A stretch of 18,493 nucleotides of DNA from Nostoc sp. PA-18-2419 (GCF_005869855.1 NZ_SZNH01000014.1:90447-108939), one strand, 5' to 3'; numbered from the stretch's first letter, positions 7,182-15,449 are shown. Notes: a model not told the origin generated them from the letters alone. Program-made: numbers and translations.

Positions 7182-8684
7182 ATGCTCAATCAAAACAAAA
7201 CACCCTTATTAGACGCCTTAAAAGCCAGTGCAACACGCCCCCATGCTCCTTTTTACACCCCAGGACACAAACAAGGCAAGGGAATTCCTCAACCCTTAGC
7301 CGATTTACTTGGCAAAGCCGTCTTTGGCGCTGATTTAACTGAATTAGCAGATTTAGATCATCTTTTTGCACCCCAAGGCGTTATTCAAGAAGCACAACAA
7401 TTAGCCACTGAAGCATTTGGCGCTTCACAAACATGGTTCCTTGTCAATGGTTCTACCTGTGGAATTGAAGCGGCAATTGTCGCTACCTGTGGCACAGGCG
7501 ATAAAATCATTTTGCCTCGAAATGTGCATTCTTCTGCCGTAGCTGGTTTAATTCTCTCCGGTGCTATACCCATTTTTCTCAATCCTGAATACGATCCAGT
7601 TTTAGATATTGCCCATAGCATCACACCCAATGCTGTACAATCTGCACTCCAGCAGCATCTCGATGCCAAAGCAGTTTTGACAGTATACCCTACATATTAC
7701 GGCGTTTGTGGAGATTTGAGGGCGATCGCCAACATCACACATCAATATGATATCCCTCTAGTCGTAGACGAAGCACACGGCGCACACTTTGCCTTTCATC
7801 CCGAATTACCCACTTCAGCTTTAGCCGCAGGTGCAGATTTAACTGTACAATCCATCCACAAAGTACTTGGTGCGATGACACAGGCATCGATGTTGCACGT
7901 TCAAGGTAACAGGATAGATAGCGATCGCCTTAGTAAAGCTTTGCAACTCGTACAATCTACCAGTCCTAGTTATTTACTTTTAGCTTCTCTAGATGCAGCG
8001 CGTCAGCAAATGGCACTCCACGGAAAAATGCTGATGTCTCAGACTTTACAACTTGCACAGGAAGCTATAACCAAAATCAGCGAAATTCCTGGATTATCTG
8101 TCTTAGAGATTCCTAGTCAAGAGGGGTTGGAGGGATCTCCTGGCTTTGTGGCTTTAGACAAAACGCGATTAACTGTAACTGTCTCTAAGTTAGGTTTAAC
8201 CGGATTTGCAGCAGATGAAATTTTGGATGACAAATTTGCCGTTACTGCTGAATTTCCCTCCCAGCAACACCTTACTTTTATCATCAGTTTGGGCAATACA
8301 GCAGCCGATATTCAGCAATTAGTTCAAGGTTTTACTATTCTTGCCAAAGAATATGGGCGAACGAATGTGAGTATTAAAAATGATATTTGCCAGAATCTTC
8401 CGACAAAACTGGATACTAATTTGTATTTGTCTCCCCGCGAAGCTTTTTTTGCTGCTAGTGAAACATTACCCTTAGCAAAGACTTGCGATCGCATTTGTGC
8501 CGAAATTGTCTGTCCCTATCCTCCGGGAATTCCCGTATTAATGCCAGGGGAACTCATCACCAAACCCGTTCTTGACTACTTGCAACAAATTCAGGCGATG
8601 GGAGGACTGATTAGCGGTTGCAATGACACTAGTCTCAAAACTTTGAAGGTGGTGAAATCACTTACTAATTTTATCAAAACTTAG
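7182..8684 (+). CDS. PLP-dependent Orn/Lys/Arg decarboxylase (fold type I, Bacillus SpeA/YaaO-like)
   Basis: The N-terminal FYTPGHKQGKG matches the family MPGHKGG motif. The PLP-lysine motif is QSIHKVLGAMTQASMLHV (S-x-H-K). A C-terminal domain carries YPPGIPVLMPGE. The protein is 500 aa. Substrate (Arg, Lys or Orn) cannot be assigned from sequence alone. Confidence 0.8.
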   Translation: MLNQNKTPLLDALKASATRPHAPFYTPGHKQGKGIPQPLADLLGKAVFGADLTELADLDHLFAPQGVIQEAQQLATEAFGASQTWFLVNGSTCGIEAAIVATCGTGDKIILPRNVHSSAVAGLILSGAIPIFLNPEYDPVLDIAHSITPNAVQSALQQHLDAKAVLTVYPTYYGVCGDLRAIANITHQYDIPLVVDEAHGAHFAFHPELPTSALAAGADLTVQSIHKVLGAMTQASMLHVQGNRIDSDRLSKALQLVQSTSPSYLLLASLDAARQQMALHGKMLMSQTLQLAQEAITKISEIPGLSVLEIPSQEGLEGSPGFVALDKTRLTVTVSKLGLTGFAADEILDDKFAVTAEFPSQQHLTFIISLGNTAADIQQLVQGFTILAKEYGRTNVSIKNDICQNLPTKLDTNLYLSPREAFFAASETLPLAKTCDRICAEIVCPYPPGIPVLMPGELITKPVLDYLQQIQAMGGLISGCNDTSLKTLKVVKSLTNFIKT

Positions 8685-8983
8685 AATTTAGAATCGGTAA
8701 ATTTATCAAATTTTTCAACCCAACTTCATAACTTTCATAAAATCAAGTAGCTTACCAAAATTGACTTTTCGGGCATTATGACCTCTATTTTCTGACTTGA
8801 AAATTATTTTTGATAAAATTTTTATTTGTCTAGTCAATAGTAAATATGCGGTTAAGCAGATAATTTATAGGAAAATATACAGATGTAATGGCAGCTATGA
8901 AACTTTCATAAAAAAGTCTACTAAATTAATGCAATTTGTAATTTTTATTTCTAGGATGATATCGATAATTCTTAAACTAGAAG

Positions 8984-9970
8984 ATGAAATTAAAAACTTA
9001 TTATATTTGCGGACGAGTAGCAGTTCCGATTATAGTGACTTTAATACTGGGTTTCTCGGCAAAAGCAAATGCAGTTGAGTTAGGCGCTGCGTCTGATTAC
9101 AATGTCTTTGTTTTGGGAGATATCTCTCAAAAATATACAGATATAGAAGGAAAACTTGCTGCTGGCGGGAATGTGAATTTCGTCGGTGGACTTGGAAGCA
9201 GACTTTCTAATAATAGCGGCAACGTAGTAGTAGCCGGACAAAACTTAACTCTGAGCAACGGTCAAGTCTACCACGGAAATGCTGTCTATGGAGCCACCGC
9301 CAATGTCTCCAATAATGTGGGTTTTCCTCAAGGAACTCTTAGTAAAGCTAATCCCATCGACTTTAAAGCAGCAGGAGAAGAATTGCGATCGCTATCGCAA
9401 TATTTTGCAACCTTAACTCCTACTGGTAAGACAACAGTTCAATCTTGGGGTGCTATTAACCTGAGTGGCAGTGGTACTGCTTTGAATGTTTTTAATCTTG
9501 CAGGCTCAGATGTCTCCAAGACAAACTATTTTGAAATCAAGGGAGACCCAAATTCGACTATCCTTGTCAATATTAGCGGTAAGGATGTGTCGCTACAAAA
9601 CTTTGGTTTCAACATTCTTGGCACAGATAAACAAAAAGTGATTTACAACTTCTATGAAGCTACTAACCTAACTGCCAGTGGTATTGGTATCCAAGGTAGT
9701 ATTCTTGCTCCTTTAGCTAATTTCAACTTCAATAACGGTCAAGTTAACGGTAACGTAGTAGTAGCTTCCCTAACAGGAAATGGTGAGTCTCACAACTATC
9801 TGTTTAATGGCGATCTGCCAAGTCTGCCGACTAAGTACTACACAAACAACACTAAACCTCCCACTCAGACTCAGGTTCCAGAGCCTGCAAATGTTCCAGG
9901 TTTAGGATTAATTGCTGTAGTATTTGGTGTATTTCGCCACAAACGCAAGTCTTTAACTTCCCTAAAATAG
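8984..9970 (+). CDS. Choice-of-anchor-A domain surface protein with C-terminal PEP-CTERM sorting signal
   Basis: The signal peptide is MKLKTYYICGRVAVPIIVTLILGFSAKANA|VE. The N-terminal LGAASDYNVFVLGDISQKYTDIEGKLAAGGNV and the later GIQGSILAPLANFNFNNGQVNGNVVVASL...FNGDLP match the choice-of-anchor-A (TIGR04215-like) pattern. The C-terminus VPEP-ANVPGLGLIAVVFGVF-RHKRK (nt 9875-9967) is a textbook PEP-CTERM signal: a PEP motif, a TM helix and a basic tail. Confidence 0.85.
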   Translation: MKLKTYYICGRVAVPIIVTLILGFSAKANAVELGAASDYNVFVLGDISQKYTDIEGKLAAGGNVNFVGGLGSRLSNNSGNVVVAGQNLTLSNGQVYHGNAVYGATANVSNNVGFPQGTLSKANPIDFKAAGEELRSLSQYFATLTPTGKTTVQSWGAINLSGSGTALNVFNLAGSDVSKTNYFEIKGDPNSTILVNISGKDVSLQNFGFNILGTDKQKVIYNFYEATNLTASGIGIQGSILAPLANFNFNNGQVNGNVVVASLTGNGESHNYLFNGDLPSLPTKYYTNNTKPPTQTQVPEPANVPGLGLIAVVFGVFRHKRKSLTSLK

Positions 9971-9990
9971 TCAGAAATTTTTGGCAGCTT

Positions 9991-10033
9991 AGCGCATGAA
10001 GCGAACTTGTTTAGAGATTTTCGCTCATGCGCT
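9991..10033 (+). terminator. Stem-loop downstream of the PEP-CTERM gene (probable intrinsic terminator)
   Basis: agcgcatgaagcgaa (9991-10005) pairs with ttcgctcatgcgct (10020-10033), about 14 bp with one bulge and a 14-nt loop. It is followed by the T-rich atttcctt. Confidence 0.45.
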
Positions 10034-10104
10034 ATTTCCTTGTCCCTACCTTCTACAATAAGGATAGACTTTGTTGAGATTTGTATAGTTGGGGAAAAGC
10101 TGTC

Positions 10105-11124
10105 ATGGCTCCCGCCGTTTTAATTCAAAATCTGCAAAAATCCTACGGCACGGTAGTTGCCGTCAAGGATGTTTCCTTTCAGGTAGAGTCAGGAGAAATC
10201 TTTGGTTTACTTGGCCCCAACGGTGCTGGTAAAACTACTACCTTGCGTGCCTTGTGTACACTCACCACACCGGATGCTGGCAAAATCGAAGTATCTGGCA
10301 TCTCTGTATTAGATAATCCCAGAGTGGCAAGACAACGACTAGGCTATGTAGCTCAGGAAGTCGCTATAGATAAAGTGTTGACTGGACGAGAATTACTGCA
10401 ATTGCAAGCAGCACTTTATCACCTCCCAAGCGCAGTAGCCAAACAGCGTATTGAGACAGTATTGGATTTACTCGGTTTACAAGAATACGCCAATAAAAAA
10501 ACCGGAACTTACTCTGGCGGTTTACGCAAGCGCTTAGATTTAGCCGCGGGCTTACTCCATGCACCGGATGTTTTAGTCTTGGATGAGCCAACTGTCGGAC
10601 TTGACATAGAGAGCCGTTTTGTGGTGTGGGAATTCTTAAGAAAATTACGCACCTCTGGGACAACGGTAGTAATCACCAGCCATTATTTAGAAGAGATTGA
10701 CGCCCTAGCCGATCGCGTGGCAATTATTGATCGCGGCGTTGTAATTGCTGTTGGCACACCTTCACAATTGAAAGACCGATTAGGGGGCGATCGCATCACT
10801 TTACGAATTCAAGAATTTTCCCCAATTGAAGAAGCGGAAAAAGCCAAAAACCTCTTGCAAACTTTGCCGTTTGTGCAAGAAGTTATTGTTAACAGCGCTC
10901 AAGGTAATTCTCTCAATTTGGTAGTCACACCCCAAAATGACGTTCTGATTAATATCCAGCAAACGCTAAATACTGCTGGCTTGCCCATATTTGGCATCGC
11001 CCAATCTCGCCCCAGTCTTGATGATGTTTACCTCGCCGCTACAGGACGCACATTGATGGATGCAGAACTAGCAGCCATTGCTACTCGCGATCCCAAAGCC
11101 GAGAAAAAGCAGAATATGAGATAG
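10105..11124 (+). CDS. ABC transporter ATP-binding protein, DrrA/ABC-2 subfamily
   Basis: The ORF track begins at TTG 10081. The ATG at 10105 (MAPAVLIQNLQKSYG) is the likely start. Motifs present are Walker A GPNGAGKTT, signature YSGGLRKRL, Walker B VLVLDEPTVGLD and H-loop ITSHY. A ~100-aa C-terminal extension is typical of DrrA-type ATPases. Confidence 0.85.
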   Translation: MAPAVLIQNLQKSYGTVVAVKDVSFQVESGEIFGLLGPNGAGKTTTLRALCTLTTPDAGKIEVSGISVLDNPRVARQRLGYVAQEVAIDKVLTGRELLQLQAALYHLPSAVAKQRIETVLDLLGLQEYANKKTGTYSGGLRKRLDLAAGLLHAPDVLVLDEPTVGLDIESRFVVWEFLRKLRTSGTTVVITSHYLEEIDALADRVAIIDRGVVIAVGTPSQLKDRLGGDRITLRIQEFSPIEEAEKAKNLLQTLPFVQEVIVNSAQGNSLNLVVTPQNDVLINIQQTLNTAGLPIFGIAQSRPSLDDVYLAATGRTLMDAELAAIATRDPKAEKKQNMR

Positions 11125-11270
11125 GGAGATGGGGAAGGTGGGGCCCCCTCTGGGGATAAGGAGGTAATGGGGAGGTGGGGAGAATAATTCTGAAATCTTA
11201 ACTCTTAACTGTTAACTCCTCACTCCCCATAGCCTAATGCAAAATTCAAAATCCAAAATTCATAATTCTC
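11125..11270. repeat. Intercistronic spacer built from STRR-like heptamer arrays and G-rich inverted repeats
   Basis: One set of tandem heptamers is cttaact, cttaact, gttaact, cctcact (11197-11224). A second set is aaaattc, aaaatcc, aaaattc, ataattc (11241-11268). The G-rich block atggggaggtggggag (about 11167-11182) is imperfectly complementary to ctcctcactccccat (11216-11230). Confidence 0.6.
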
Positions 11271-12158
11271 ATGAGTGTTACCCCTAAATCTGATATCAAT
11301 TGGCAAACAATAGCATCACCCCAAGTTGTTGCTAATGCTGCTCCTAATTTTTTTGCTGAATTGGTACAAGAGACGCTGGCTTTAACTCGTCGCTTGTTTA
11401 TTCAGTTGCAACGGCGTCCCTCGACATTAGTTGCTGGAATTATTCAGCCGGTGATGTGGTTAGTGCTGTTTGGCGCTTTATTCCAAAATGCGCCCAAGGG
11501 CTTGTTTGGTAGTACGACAAATTACGGACAATTTTTGGCTGCTGGCGTAATTGTATTTACAGCTTTTGCTGGAGCGCTGAATGCTGGTTTACCTGTAATG
11601 TTTGACCGTGAGTTCGGTTTTTTAAATCGTTTACTGGTAGCACCTTTAGCATCACGATTTTCCATTGTCTTTGCTTCGGCAATCTTCATTATCAGTCAAA
11701 GTTTACTCCAAGCAGCTGTAATTGTAGGAGCAGCAGCGTTTTTAGGTGCCGGACTACCTGATGCAGCTGGTTTAGGTGCGATCGCTTTAATTGTTTTTCT
11801 TTTAGCCTTGGGTGTGACAGCTATTTCTCTGGGCTTAGCTTTTGCCTTACCCGGTCACATTGAACTGATTGCAGTAATTTTTGTCACTAACCTACCATTA
11901 TTATTTGCTAGTACTGCTTTGGCTCCTCTATCTTTCATGCCTGGGTGGTTGCAGGTTGTGGCTACCTTGAATCCTCTTAGTTATGCGATCGAACCGATTC
12001 GCTATCTCTATCTCCACAGTAGTTGGGCTTTGGATAGTGTAGTTATGCAAGCTCCTTGGGGCGATGTTACCTTTGGCGGAGCATTGTTGGTGTTGTTTGG
12101 CTTTGCCCTTGTTGCCTTAGTTAGCATTCAGCCCCAACTGCGTCGGACTCTTGCTTAA
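11271..12158 (+). CDS. ABC-2 type transporter permease
   Basis: The protein is 295 aa with about six hydrophobic helices. The N-terminal RRLFIQLQRRPSTLVAGIIQPVMWLVLFGALF is typical of ABC-2 permeases. It lies directly downstream of the DrrA-type ATPase on the same strand. Confidence 0.8.
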   Translation: MSVTPKSDINWQTIASPQVVANAAPNFFAELVQETLALTRRLFIQLQRRPSTLVAGIIQPVMWLVLFGALFQNAPKGLFGSTTNYGQFLAAGVIVFTAFAGALNAGLPVMFDREFGFLNRLLVAPLASRFSIVFASAIFIISQSLLQAAVIVGAAAFLGAGLPDAAGLGAIALIVFLLALGVTAISLGLAFALPGHIELIAVIFVTNLPLLFASTALAPLSFMPGWLQVVATLNPLSYAIEPIRYLYLHSSWALDSVVMQAPWGDVTFGGALLVLFGFALVALVSIQPQLRRTLA

Positions 12159-12190
12159 GATAAAATAGAGCCATTTAAGGGTCAAAATCT

Positions 12191-12586
12191 ATGAAAAAAA
12201 CATTTTTACAAATTCCTAGACTCTTTGTAGCTACAGTCGCAGGAATTAGTTTCGCTTCCTTGCTGCTGGCTCAACCTAGTTCGGCTCAGATAGCCAGCCC
12301 AACCGATCCTTTTCCCAGTACTAGTACAACAGACCAAAATACCGATCCCTTCTCCCGCTCAAATTCAGATAATTTCAACATGTTTGATCTCATTCACCGA
12401 GCGAATTTTGGGACTCTCAACTGGAATCCTGACCAACAAAACCAACAATTAGACTCAGCAGCAGCAGCTTTTAAAGCAAGGCAACAAAAACTAATTCAAG
12501 GTCAACAACAAACAACCCCTGGTTTGCCAACGGTTACATCACCCTCAGTTACCCAACCATTGGTTATACCACCATCAGGTAACTGA
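12191..12586 (+). CDS. Small secreted low-complexity (Q/P/T/S/N-rich) protein, hypothetical
   Basis: The signal peptide is MKKTFLQIPRLFVATVAGISFASLLLAQPSSA|QI. The mature part is polar and low-complexity (QQNQQ, QGQQQTTPGLPTVTSPSVTQP). It starts 32 nt after the permease stop on the same strand. Confidence 0.55.
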   Translation: MKKTFLQIPRLFVATVAGISFASLLLAQPSSAQIASPTDPFPSTSTTDQNTDPFSRSNSDNFNMFDLIHRANFGTLNWNPDQQNQQLDSAAAAFKARQQKLIQGQQQTTPGLPTVTSPSVTQPLVIPPSGN

Positions 12587-12598
12587 ATTCAAATAAAT

Positions 12599-12626
12599 AA
12601 CCCCAATCCTTAAAGGAATTGGGGTT
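12599..12626 (-). terminator. Stem-loop between convergent genes, best oriented as the prxQ terminator
   Basis: aaccccaatcc (12599-12609) pairs with ggaattggggtt (12615-12626) with one bulge and a 5-nt loop. On the minus strand the hairpin is followed by atttatttgaat, a U-rich tract. On the plus strand no U-tract follows. Confidence 0.55.
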
Positions 12627-12663
12627 AGACTTGTCAAAAATCCGTTAATTATCGGGCAAAAAA

Positions 12664-13101
12664 CTACAACCCAAGTGCAGCTAAAATATCTTCAGCATGA
12701 GTGCTGGTATTTACAGCAGCATCAACATGGGAAATTTTACCGTCAGGCCCAATTACGTAGGTGACGCGCTTGGCATAGCCGCCACCATCCACATCAAAAG
12801 ATTTGATCAGAGATTTGTCGCTGTCAGCCAGTAAAGGAAAATTCAAATTATATTTTTGGGTAAATGCCTGATGAGAGACTTCATCATCTGCACTGACTCC
12901 CAATATGACGACATCTTTACCTTGATATTTAGATTGAGCGTCCCGGAAACTACAGGCTTGTTTAGTGCAGCCAGGAGTATCATCTTTGGGGTAAAAATAC
13001 AAAACAACTGTCTTGCCAGCAAAATCAGATAAAGAGACCGTGTTGCCGTTTGTATCTTTGGCGGTAAATGCAGGTGCATCCGTACCAACTGCTAGAGGCA
13101 T
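12664..13101 (-). CDS. bcp: Peroxiredoxin, BCP/PrxQ subfamily (atypical 2-Cys)
   Basis: VVLYFYPKDDTPGCTKQACSFRD aligns directly with E. coli Bcp [23 protein letters not shown]. The peroxidatic and resolving Cys are spaced Cx4C. NLNFPLLADSD corresponds to Bcp LLNFTLLSDED. The protein is 145 aa. Confidence 0.9.
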   Translation of the reverse strand: MPLAVGTDAPAFTAKDTNGNTVSLSDFAGKTVVLYFYPKDDTPGCTKQACSFRDAQSKYQGKDVVILGVSADDEVSHQAFTQKYNLNFPLLADSDKSLIKSFDVDGGGYAKRVTYVIGPDGKISHVDAAVNTSTHAEDILAALGL

Positions 13102-13293
13102 AATTAACCTTTCCTGTTTCAGATTGTTGATGCACTTGAAATTTTACATTAATTTATAATCATTAAATATATTTACTAAAAAATAACATAAATATACTTT
13201 CGGTAACCAAATTTTGCTTAGATGAGGTAAGTGGTACAAAAAATATATTATTGAATTAATTTTTATTAAAAGAAAAATTTCTACCTATACACA

Positions 13294-13698
13294 ATGGCTT
13301 CTGTTGATTCCCAAAACCCAAAAACTTTTGTTTATCCTCCTAACACAATAGAAAGAGCCGATCGCTCGCTAATATGTTCCCCTTTTAATCCATCTTTATT
13401 TGAAGCCATGCGACACCAGAGTGTATCATTGAGTGCGATCGCCTTAGAAAATGGATTTAAGCAGGGTTATACTCAACGCCCTTTATCAGAATTAGCATCT
13501 GACGACGCTTTGGGTTGGCTGATTCAAGTGGGCGTATTGCGACGAGAAGTTGATGGTCAGGGAATTACAGATAGTTTTCGCCTCACTCCCTTAGGACGCC
13601 AGTTGATAGAACAATATCAGGGAAAAAATTGGCGTACTCCTTCATGGCGCGATCGTTTATACAATGGGCTGATTCGTTGGTTGCGGTTACCTTTTTAG
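13294..13698 (+). CDS. Conserved hypothetical protein, possible winged-helix-like fold
   Basis: The ORF is 134 aa, uninterrupted, and has no TM segment. The segment LGWLIQVGVLRREVDGQGITDSFRLTPLGRQLIE resembles a recognition helix, beta-wing and following helix of wHTH (MarR-like) proteins. This is pattern-level inference only. Confidence 0.5.
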   Translation: MASVDSQNPKTFVYPPNTIERADRSLICSPFNPSLFEAMRHQSVSLSAIALENGFKQGYTQRPLSELASDDALGWLIQVGVLRREVDGQGITDSFRLTPLGRQLIEQYQGKNWRTPSWRDRLYNGLIRWLRLPF

Positions 13699-13792
13699 AA
13701 GGGAAAACTAAAGAGTTAGGATTAACGAGTCAAAGGGAACAATAATATACGGAAACATCATATTCATTCATGAAGTCTTTACAATGTGGTGA

Positions 13793-13850
13793 GGCATTGG
13801 GCATTGGGAGTGCTTCCTTTGTCTGTGTGCCCCCTCATCCCCCATGCCCG
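13793..13850. repeat. STRR-like heptamer repeat upstream of cobQ
   Basis: The tandem ggcattg ggcattg lies at 13793-13806. tgggcattgggagtg (13798-13812) is the exact reverse complement of 5107-5121. It is followed by the C-rich gccccctcatcccccatgccc. Confidence 0.5.
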
Positions 13851-13889
13851 TAAAATTTTACCCTTTATATTAAAAATCTGATAGTAACT

Positions 13890-15368
13890 ATGAAATCAAT
13901 TATGGTGGTGGGGACAACATCCCACGCAGGGAAATCACTTTTAACTACAGCTATTTGTCGAATTTTATCTCGGCGCGGCTGGCGAGTGGCTCCCTTTAAA
14001 GGTCAAAATATGGCTTTAAATGCTTATGTCACTGCCAATGGTGGAGAAATTGGCTACGCCCAAGCAGTACAAGCCTGGGCTGCGGGAGTCGTACCTTGGG
14101 TAGAAATGAACCCGATTTTACTCAAACCCCAAGGAGATATGACTTCGCAAGTAATTATTAAAGGTAGACCTGTGGGCAAAGTAAGTGCCGCAGATTACTA
14201 CGAGCAATATTTTGAACTGGGGTGGCGGACAATTGAAGAATCGCTACAGCATTTAGGAACAGAATTTGACTTGTTGGTTTGTGAAGGTGCTGGTAGTCCA
14301 GCAGAGATTAACCTCAAACACCGCGACTTAACAAATATGCGGGTAGCAAAATATTTGAATGCGCCAACTATACTAGTAGTTGATATTGACCGAGGTGGAG
14401 CTTTTGCTCATATAGTAGGCACTCTAGAGTTATTAGATGCGGATGAACGCGCTTTAATTAAAGGTGTCGTAATTAACAAATTTCGAGGACAGCGATCGCT
14501 CCTAGAACCAGGAATAAAATGGTTAGAAGAACGCATAGGTATTCCTGTTGTTGGTGTTATACCCTACTTACAAGAAGTATTTCCGGCGGAAGATTCCCTC
14601 GATTTGCTAGAACGTCAATCAACCAAAGTTCACAGTGACCTTAACATTGCTGTTATCCGCTTACCTAGAATTGCTAACTTCACTGACTTTGATCCTCTAG
14701 AATCAGAAAGCACAGTCTCAGTAAAATATCTTAGCCCAAAGCAAGATTTAGGACATCCTGATGCGGTAATTATTCCAGGAACAAAGACCACAATTCCTGA
14801 TTTACTACTGTTGCAAAAAAGCGGTATGGCAGAAGCTATTCAACATTACGCTGCCTCTGGGGGAACAGTTTTAGGCATCTGCGGTGGGTATCAAATGCTT
14901 GGACAAATCATAGCCGACCCAGAAGGGATAGAGGGACAAGCTGGCAGATATCAAGGGTTAAATCTCTTACCAATTAGAACTGTAATTACAGGACAGAAAA
15001 TTGCCCGTCAGCGCCAAGTTAGCTCAAATTATCCTCAGATGGGCTTGCCAGTCAACGGCTTTGAAATCCACCAAGGCCGATCGCGTATTGAACAGCAAGG
15101 AATAGACGCCCAATCCTACCATGCGTTATTTGACGATGTTAACTTAGGGTTAGTGGATAGTTGTCAATCAGTTTGGGGTACTTACCTTCACGGGATTTTT
15201 GATAACGGCCCTTGGCGACGGGCTTGGTTAAATCGCCTCCGTCAACAACGGGGTTTAAAATCTTTGCCCACTGGTGTTGCTAACTACCGGGAACAGCGAG
15301 AGCAGATTTTAGATTCCCTAGCCATTGAAGTTGAAAGCCATTTAGATCTAACTCCGTTTTTGTCTTAA
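13890..15368 (+). CDS. cobQ: Cobyric acid synthase
   Basis: The N-terminal MKSIMVVGTTSHAGKSLLTTAICRIL is the CobQ/CbiP nucleotide-binding loop. VCEGAGSPAEINL and VINKFRG are present. The C-terminal glutamine amidotransferase domain has the nucleophile motif GICGGYQMLG and YLHGIFDN. The protein is 492 aa. Confidence 0.92.
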   Translation: MKSIMVVGTTSHAGKSLLTTAICRILSRRGWRVAPFKGQNMALNAYVTANGGEIGYAQAVQAWAAGVVPWVEMNPILLKPQGDMTSQVIIKGRPVGKVSAADYYEQYFELGWRTIEESLQHLGTEFDLLVCEGAGSPAEINLKHRDLTNMRVAKYLNAPTILVVDIDRGGAFAHIVGTLELLDADERALIKGVVINKFRGQRSLLEPGIKWLEERIGIPVVGVIPYLQEVFPAEDSLDLLERQSTKVHSDLNIAVIRLPRIANFTDFDPLESESTVSVKYLSPKQDLGHPDAVIIPGTKTTIPDLLLLQKSGMAEAIQHYAASGGTVLGICGGYQMLGQIIADPEGIEGQAGRYQGLNLLPIRTVITGQKIARQRQVSSNYPQMGLPVNGFEIHQGRSRIEQQGIDAQSYHALFDDVNLGLVDSCQSVWGTYLHGIFDNGPWRRAWLNRLRQQRGLKSLPTGVANYREQREQILDSLAIEVESHLDLTPFLS

Positions 15369-15386
15369 GCTAAAATGCGTTGAAAT

Positions 15387-15423
15387 GTCATTGGTCATTT
15401 GCTTTAGACAAATGACAAATGAC
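15387..15423 (+). repeat. STRR2-type heptamer inverted repeat forming a hairpin after cobQ
   Basis: gtcattggtcatttg (15387-15401) pairs with caaatgacaaatgac (15409-15423), 14 of 15 bp with a 7-nt loop. It contains the STRR2 word ttggtca and the tandem aatgaca aatgaca (15411-15424). No U-tract follows, so terminator function is uncertain. Confidence 0.55.
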
Positions 15424-15449
15424 AACACTAAATCAAAAGCGTAAGATTG

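Noticed and set aside
6588-7669. ORFs 6588-6821 (+), 6882-7157 (+), 7186-7371 (-) and 7385-7669 (-).
   Set aside because: They are antisense shadows of the dipeptidase and decarboxylase genes. ORF 6882-7157 also runs through the dispersed repeat at 7083-7160.
8797-9078. A 93-aa ORF upstream of, and overlapping, the PEP-CTERM gene.
   Set aside because: It lies in very AT-rich sequence, has an Ile/Lys/Phe-rich low-complexity translation and overlaps the well-supported signal peptide of the 8984 gene in another frame. It is most likely an AT-rich chance ORF.
11211-11230. aactcctcactcccc resembles the conserved single-stranded Yfr1 sRNA motif ACUCCUCACAC.
   Set aside because: There is one mismatch, no flanking pair of stem-loops and no terminator with a U-tract. 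The word is part of a heptamer tandem array (cttaact/gttaact/cctcact).
11197-11268. Whether the tandem short repeats could be a CRISPR array or a coding repeat.
   Set aside because: The repeat unit is only 7 nt, with no spacers and no cas genes. This is the STRR class of heptamer repeats, not CRISPR.
13699-13889. Possible cobalamin riboswitch in the 190-nt leader of cobQ. It contains aagggaa / aaagggaac words reminiscent of the AGGGAA core.
   Set aside because: I could find no B12-box (GCCACUG-like) and no GGUGAAAAUCC-type segment. The region is instead explained by an STRR heptamer repeat (13793-13812) and AT-rich promoter-like sequence. An Infernal scan with RF00174 would settle it.
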